Shown piece after piece: positions 60,893 to 64,000 of a stretch of 64,000 nt of DNA. The stretch comes from Candidatus Saccharimonadota bacterium. Its GTDB lineage: Bacteria; Patescibacteriota; Saccharimonadia; Saccharimonadales; Saccharimonadaceae. The stretch covers positions 72,566 through 136,565 of the forward strand of contig DAOPJW010000003.1 in assembly GCA_035399865.1 (NCBI GenBank). Direction: 5' to 3'. The stretch's first letter is position 1, and every line of letters begins with the position of its first letter. Under the pieces are notes generated by a model. The model did not search any database and was not told where the DNA came from. It saw only the letters and a list, made by a program, of their open reading frames with translations. A program made the position numbers and the translations under genes.

Positions 60893-62569
60893 ATGATAGA
60901 TTTAGAAATTCCTCTTGGTAAAAGAACAAAACTGTATCGCTTTTTTGAAATGCTACCAGCGATAATAAGCTATGGGCTTTTATTATTACTAGTTGTTTTA
61001 TCGTTAGTTAGCCCGATTTTAGCAGCTACTTATGTGCTATTAGTTATTGTGACTATGTTAGTAAAGGCTATCGGTATTGCTCTACGTACAATACAGGGTC
61101 GGAAAAGACTAGAATTGGCTCAAAAAGTTGATTGGCATACAAGGTTACATGATTTAGAGAATCCACAATTTGCTTACGACCAACAAAGAGAAGCTAATTC
61201 TAATGATTTTGGAGCGTTTAGTCATATAGAAAATTTACGTCTAGTCTCGGCTGACTCAGATAGCTTTCCTAGGCCATCGCAAATATATAACGCAGTAATA
61301 ATTGCTACATATAATGAATCTTATGACGTTCTTGAACCTACCGTAAAGTCTGTTGCTAGTGGTACATTTGATACAAAAAAAATAATTCTTGTAATTGCGT
61401 ACGAGGAAAGGGGTGGTGATTCAATAAGAAATACCGTCCATAAATTAAAAAATAAATATGGCCATATATTTCATTCATTTCATCTAGTACAGCATCCAAA
61501 AGATATGCCTGATGAAGTTATTGGAAAGGGAGGGAATATAACATATGCTGGAAAATATTTAAAAGAATGGCTCAAAGAAGTAACTATTGTATCAAAAGAT
61601 GTAATAGTTACTACGCTCGATGCCGACAACAGGCCACATAAAACTTATTTTGACTATCTAACTTACGAATATATTGTCAATGAAGATCGCAAACATCTTT
61701 CATATCAGCCTATATGCCTATTTTTCAGTAATATTTGGGACGCACCAGCTCCGATGAGAGTTATCGCTACCGGTAATTCCTTCTGGAATATTATCAGTTC
61801 GATGCGACCGCACACTTTAAGAAATTTTGCATCCCATTCACAACCTATGGATGCTTTGGAAGAGATGAATTTTTGGAGTACTAGGACGATTGTGGAGGAC
61901 GGCCATCAGTATTGGCGTAGTTACTTTTATTTCGGTGGAAATTACAATGTATTGCCGATTTATGTGCCAATTTATCAAGATGCAGTATTGACGGACACGT
62001 ACTTAGGGACTCTCAAGGCACAATTTGTACAACTACGTAGATGGGCCTACGGTGCTTCAGATGTCCCGTATGTCGCTACAAGAATATTTTCGCGTCAACG
62101 TAACGTTTCCTTTTTTGGAGGTATTGCAAGACTTCTCAGATTGCTTGACGGCCATATCACACTGGCGAGTGTTTCTATATTAGTGGCCATAGGTGGATGG
62201 GTACCATTACTATTAAATAGTGAAGCATCCCGTAGTATACCAGCACATCAATTACCAGACGTTGTGAGTGGAATTCAACAAATCGCAATGATTGGTATTT
62301 TTATCACTGTATTTTTGTCATTCAAGATGCTTCCACCTCGTCCAGAACGATATAAGAAAAGTAGGACACTATTTATGCTCGCTCAATGGGTTTTAATGCC
62401 TTTTACAGCCATAGGTTATAGCTCATTCGCTGCTTTATATTCTCAAGGTAGACTTTTTCTTGGTAAATATTTAGATAAGTTTGATGTAACAGAAAAAGCT
62501 ACTCATAAGTCAGTCGCTCTCGCAAGAAAGAGATCGCAAAAACATCGCTTAATGGGTGATAAAAGTTAA
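60893..62569 (+). CDS. membrane-embedded family-2 glycosyltransferase (processive synthase type)
   Basis: N- and C-terminal TM helices, with TLDADN, EDGHQYW and a QxxRW-type motif (QLRRWAYG), as in cellulose/chitin/hyaluronan-synthase-like GT2 enzymes. Confidence 0.8.
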   Translation: MIDLEIPLGKRTKLYRFFEMLPAIISYGLLLLLVVLSLVSPILAATYVLLVIVTMLVKAIGIALRTIQGRKRLELAQKVDWHTRLHDLENPQFAYDQQREANSNDFGAFSHIENLRLVSADSDSFPRPSQIYNAVIIATYNESYDVLEPTVKSVASGTFDTKKIILVIAYEERGGDSIRNTVHKLKNKYGHIFHSFHLVQHPKDMPDEVIGKGGNITYAGKYLKEWLKEVTIVSKDVIVTTLDADNRPHKTYFDYLTYEYIVNEDRKHLSYQPICLFFSNIWDAPAPMRVIATGNSFWNIISSMRPHTLRNFASHSQPMDALEEMNFWSTRTIVEDGHQYWRSYFYFGGNYNVLPIYVPIYQDAVLTDTYLGTLKAQFVQLRRWAYGASDVPYVATRIFSRQRNVSFFGGIARLLRLLDGHITLASVSILVAIGGWVPLLLNSEASRSIPAHQLPDVVSGIQQIAMIGIFITVFLSFKMLPPRPERYKKSRTLFMLAQWVLMPFTAIGYSSFAALYSQGRLFLGKYLDKFDVTEKATHKSVALARKRSQKHRLMGDKS

Positions 62570-62598
62570 AAAATTTATCATATTTAGCTAACTATTTA

Positions 62599-62630
62599 AT
62601 ACCCCACATTTAAAATGTGGGGTATTCTTG
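62599..62630 (+). terminator. intrinsic terminator after the GT2 gene
   Basis: ATACCCCACAT-TTAAA-ATGTGGGGTAT (11-bp stem) followed by TCTT. Confidence 0.7.
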
Positions 62631-62649
62631 GTGATTTATAAGATTTAAT

Positions 62650-62787
62650 CTACATTAGTGTCCTAATACGCATTTCACGCTTGACTTCTTTTAGAGTTTT
62701 ATCGTATTCAAAACTTAAACTAAAACGTTCAAGTTTTGATGATGTTCCTATTGTGTTAATAGCTTGAATCTGATGTTTCTTAGCCAT
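62650..62787 (-). CDS. unannotated 45-aa basic protein, apparently leaderless
   Basis: ATG 62787 to TAG 62650 encodes MAKKHQIQAINTIGTSSKLERFSLSFEYDKTLKEVKREMRIRTLM. It is preceded on the same strand by TTGACA-17-TAATAT-6-ATG and is below the ORF-track length cutoff. Confidence 0.45.
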   Translation of the reverse strand: MAKKHQIQAINTIGTSSKLERFSLSFEYDKTLKEVKREMRIRTLM

Positions 62788-62793
62788 ATCTTA

Positions 62794-62822
62794 ATATTAG
62801 CATAAACAACATATATTGTCAA
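62794..62822 (-). promoter_or_regulatory. near-consensus sigma-70 promoter TTGACA-17-TAATAT on the minus strand
   Basis: The -35 is the reverse complement of 62817-62822 and the -10 is the reverse complement of 62794-62799. The -10 ends 6 nt before ATG 62787. Confidence 0.6.
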
Positions 62823-62910
62823 TGGAACAAGATTAAGTTTAATATTACATTTATGATATATATGTAATATTATATTGATGTTTAATCACGTGGAAAACTT
62901 ATTCAAAAAT

Positions 62911-62947
62911 TGTGAAAAAATAAAAACCCATCTGTTTTGATGAGTTT
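62911..62947 (-). terminator. intrinsic terminator after tRNA-Val
   Basis: On the minus strand: AAACTCATC-AAAACA-GATGGGTTT (9-bp stem with one G-U) followed by TTATTTTTTC. Confidence 0.75.
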
Positions 62948-62949
62948 AA

Positions 62950-63026
62950 TGGTGGGTCCTAAAGGATTCGAACCTTTCACCTCAACAACGTCAATGTTGC
63001 GCTCTAGCCAAATGAGCTAAGGACCC
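62950..63026 (-). tRNA. tRNA-Val (anticodon GAC), CCA encoded
   Basis: The reverse complement folds as GGGTCCT..GCTC-ATTTGGCTA-GAGC-G-CAACA-TTGACGT-TGTTG-AGGTG-AAAGG-TTCGAAT-CCTTT-AGGACCC-A-CCA. A TTGCGT-17-TATTCT promoter lies upstream at 63036-63064 on the minus strand. Confidence 0.92.
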
Positions 63027-63086
63027 GTTTGTACTAGAATACCAAAATAGAGGTAGTCACGCAAGAAACGTGTTATTATATTATTT

Positions 63087-63286
63087 GAACAATGATGTAA
63101 TCTAACCAATTACTGAGTTCCGTGGGGAGTTGTAGCGTACGTAACGTAACATCATGAGTGTTCGCTTAGTTTTTATTTAATAAAATAAAGGCGAAAAGTC
63201 CGGTGGAACCGCTTACTATATAGTAAGTCCGAGACATGTGAGAAATAATTTAAGCTATAAGTTTAATGTTATAATCACATGTTTTT
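63087..63286 (+). promoter_or_regulatory. T-box-like leader (tRNA-sensing riboswitch) upstream of thrS
   Basis: An extended -10 (TGTTATTAT, 63071-63079) predicts a TSS near 63087. Elements: a 5' stem (63092-63098 pairs with 63149-63155), a stem-III-like hairpin (63162-63196), the T-box sequence GTCCGGTGGAACCGC (63198-63212) forming an antiterminator GUCCGG-UGGAACC-GCUUACU-AUAU-AGUAAGU-CCGaGAC (63198-63235), and a competing stem 63232-63241 / 63275-63284 followed by a T-run. Confidence 0.6.
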
Positions 63287-63322
63287 ATTATTTATTAGCC
63301 ATATGGCAAAAGGAGAATAGTA

Positions 63323-64000
63323 ATGAATGAAAATAAATTACATATGATGCGTCACAGCGTGGCACATATCATGGCATCAGCAATAAAAGATATTTGGCCG
63401 AAAGCAAAATTTGGAGTCGGTCCAGTTATCGAAGATGGCTTTTATTACGATATCGACTTGGGCGATGAAACAATTTCAGAAGCAAATTTTTCAAAAATAG
63501 AAAAAATGATGTACAAAATTATCAAAAGGGGAGATTTATTTGAACGAATCGAAATGCCAATTGATCGAGCGATTGAATGGGCCAAGCAAAATAAACAAAC
63601 TTACAAAGAAGAGTTGCTGAAAGATTTAAAAAGATCTGGCACGACTGTTGCAAAAGAAATTAATGCTGATGAACTTGGTTTAGATACATACAATAAGTCA
63701 GTAGTAAAAAGTGTTTCATTTTACAAAATTGGAGAATTTGTTGATTTATGTAGAGGACCTCATATTGAAAGCACTAAGGATGCCGGAGTTTTTAAATTAA
63801 TGAGAGTCGCTGGAGCTTATTGGCGAGGTAAGGAAAATAATCCACAAATGCAGAGACTATACGGAGTGGTGTTTGCATCCCAAAAGGAACTTGAAGACTA
63901 TCTAGGAATGTTAGAACAGGCAAAATTAAGAGATCATCGAAAAATTGGTAAGGAGCTAGATATTTTTACAGTATCTCCTTTGGTTGGAGCTGGATTGCCA
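63323..64000 (+). CDS. thrS: threonyl-tRNA synthetase, N-terminal part (continues beyond the window); lacks the TGS domain
   Basis: AAAGGAG SD. It starts directly in the editing/second additional domain (RHSVAHIMASAIKDIWP, GPVIEDGFYYDIDL, DLCRGPHI, GAYWRG, RDHRKIGKEL). An in-frame TAG at 63296 excludes an upstream extension. Confidence 0.93.
   Translation, partial: MNENKLHMMRHSVAHIMASAIKDIWPKAKFGVGPVIEDGFYYDIDLGDETISEANFSKIEKMMYKIIKRGDLFERIEMPIDRAIEWAKQNKQTYKEELLKDLKRSGTTVAKEINADELGLDTYNKSVVKSVSFYKIGEFVDLCRGPHIESTKDAGVFKLMRVAGAYWRGKENNPQMQRLYGVVFASQKELEDYLGMLEQAKLRDHRKIGKELDIFTVSPLVGAGLP

Noticed and set aside
62840-62872. Considered as a possible dif (XerC/D) site because it is an AT-rich inverted repeat containing ATGTAA-like arms.
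   Set aside because: The spacer between the arms is 11 nt rather than 6-8 nt. The inner arm ends do not match the CATAA/TTATG core of known dif sites. It is also 7.5 kb from the xer gene, with no supporting skew information.
63087-63164. An attempt to assign a K-turn (GA motif) and a definite Thr specifier codon in stem I of the thrS leader.
   Set aside because: The tandem G-A register is incompatible with the 7-bp helix 63092-63098/63149-63155. In the simplest fold, the triplet sitting next to the helix followed by a purine is CGU rather than a Thr codon. Manual folding is not reliable enough, so the specifier is left unassigned.

Overview
This is an AT-rich, tightly packed bacterial chromosome segment, coded almost entirely on the + strand. 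It uses the standard genetic code, with TGA as a stop. Most genes are core housekeeping: hisS (partial), malic enzyme, pyrG, argS, mscL, orn, dnaG-rpoD, polA-dut, mutM, holA, rpsT, truB, rpsO, pnp, a family-4 UDG, rnj, ftsK, rpsF-ssb-rpsR, efp, tlyA, ychF, ndk, queA-tgt and thrS (partial). There are four tRNA genes (Arg-CCU, Asp-GUC, Thr-CGU, Val-GAC), all with an encoded CCA. The gene content, compactness and secretin-less pilus genes fit a reduced-genome Patescibacteria/CPR organism (Saccharibacteria-like), but that assignment is inference only.

Non-housekeeping content:
1. A ~14.8 kb co-directional type IV pilus locus (39492-54302): pilMNO, pilB, pilT, pilC, a major pilin, pilD and four pilin-like genes, with no secretin. 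It is preceded by a translationally coupled pair, a TPR protein and a 783-aa secreted protein of unknown family.
2. A REP/RAYT-type system. A 25-nt GC-cored hairpin (CTTATCAGGG-TCSGA-CCCTGATAAG) occurs six times, always intergenic, and three copies bracket an HUH/Y1 transposase-like gene.
3. A compact T-box-like leader upstream of thrS. Its UGGA bulge matches the U73 discriminator of the tRNA-Thr gene in this window.
4. Many near-consensus sigma-70 promoters sit 6-10 nt upstream of start codons, implying leaderless mRNAs. One drives an unannotated 45-codon ORF.
5. Several unusual proteins: an orphan VirB6/TrbL-like 886-aa membrane protein, a DHH-like protein with degenerate motifs and a proline-rich tail, S20 with a lysine/alanine-rich tail, and a frameshifted GLUG-like surface-protein gene.

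No rRNA, CRISPR array or prophage was seen.
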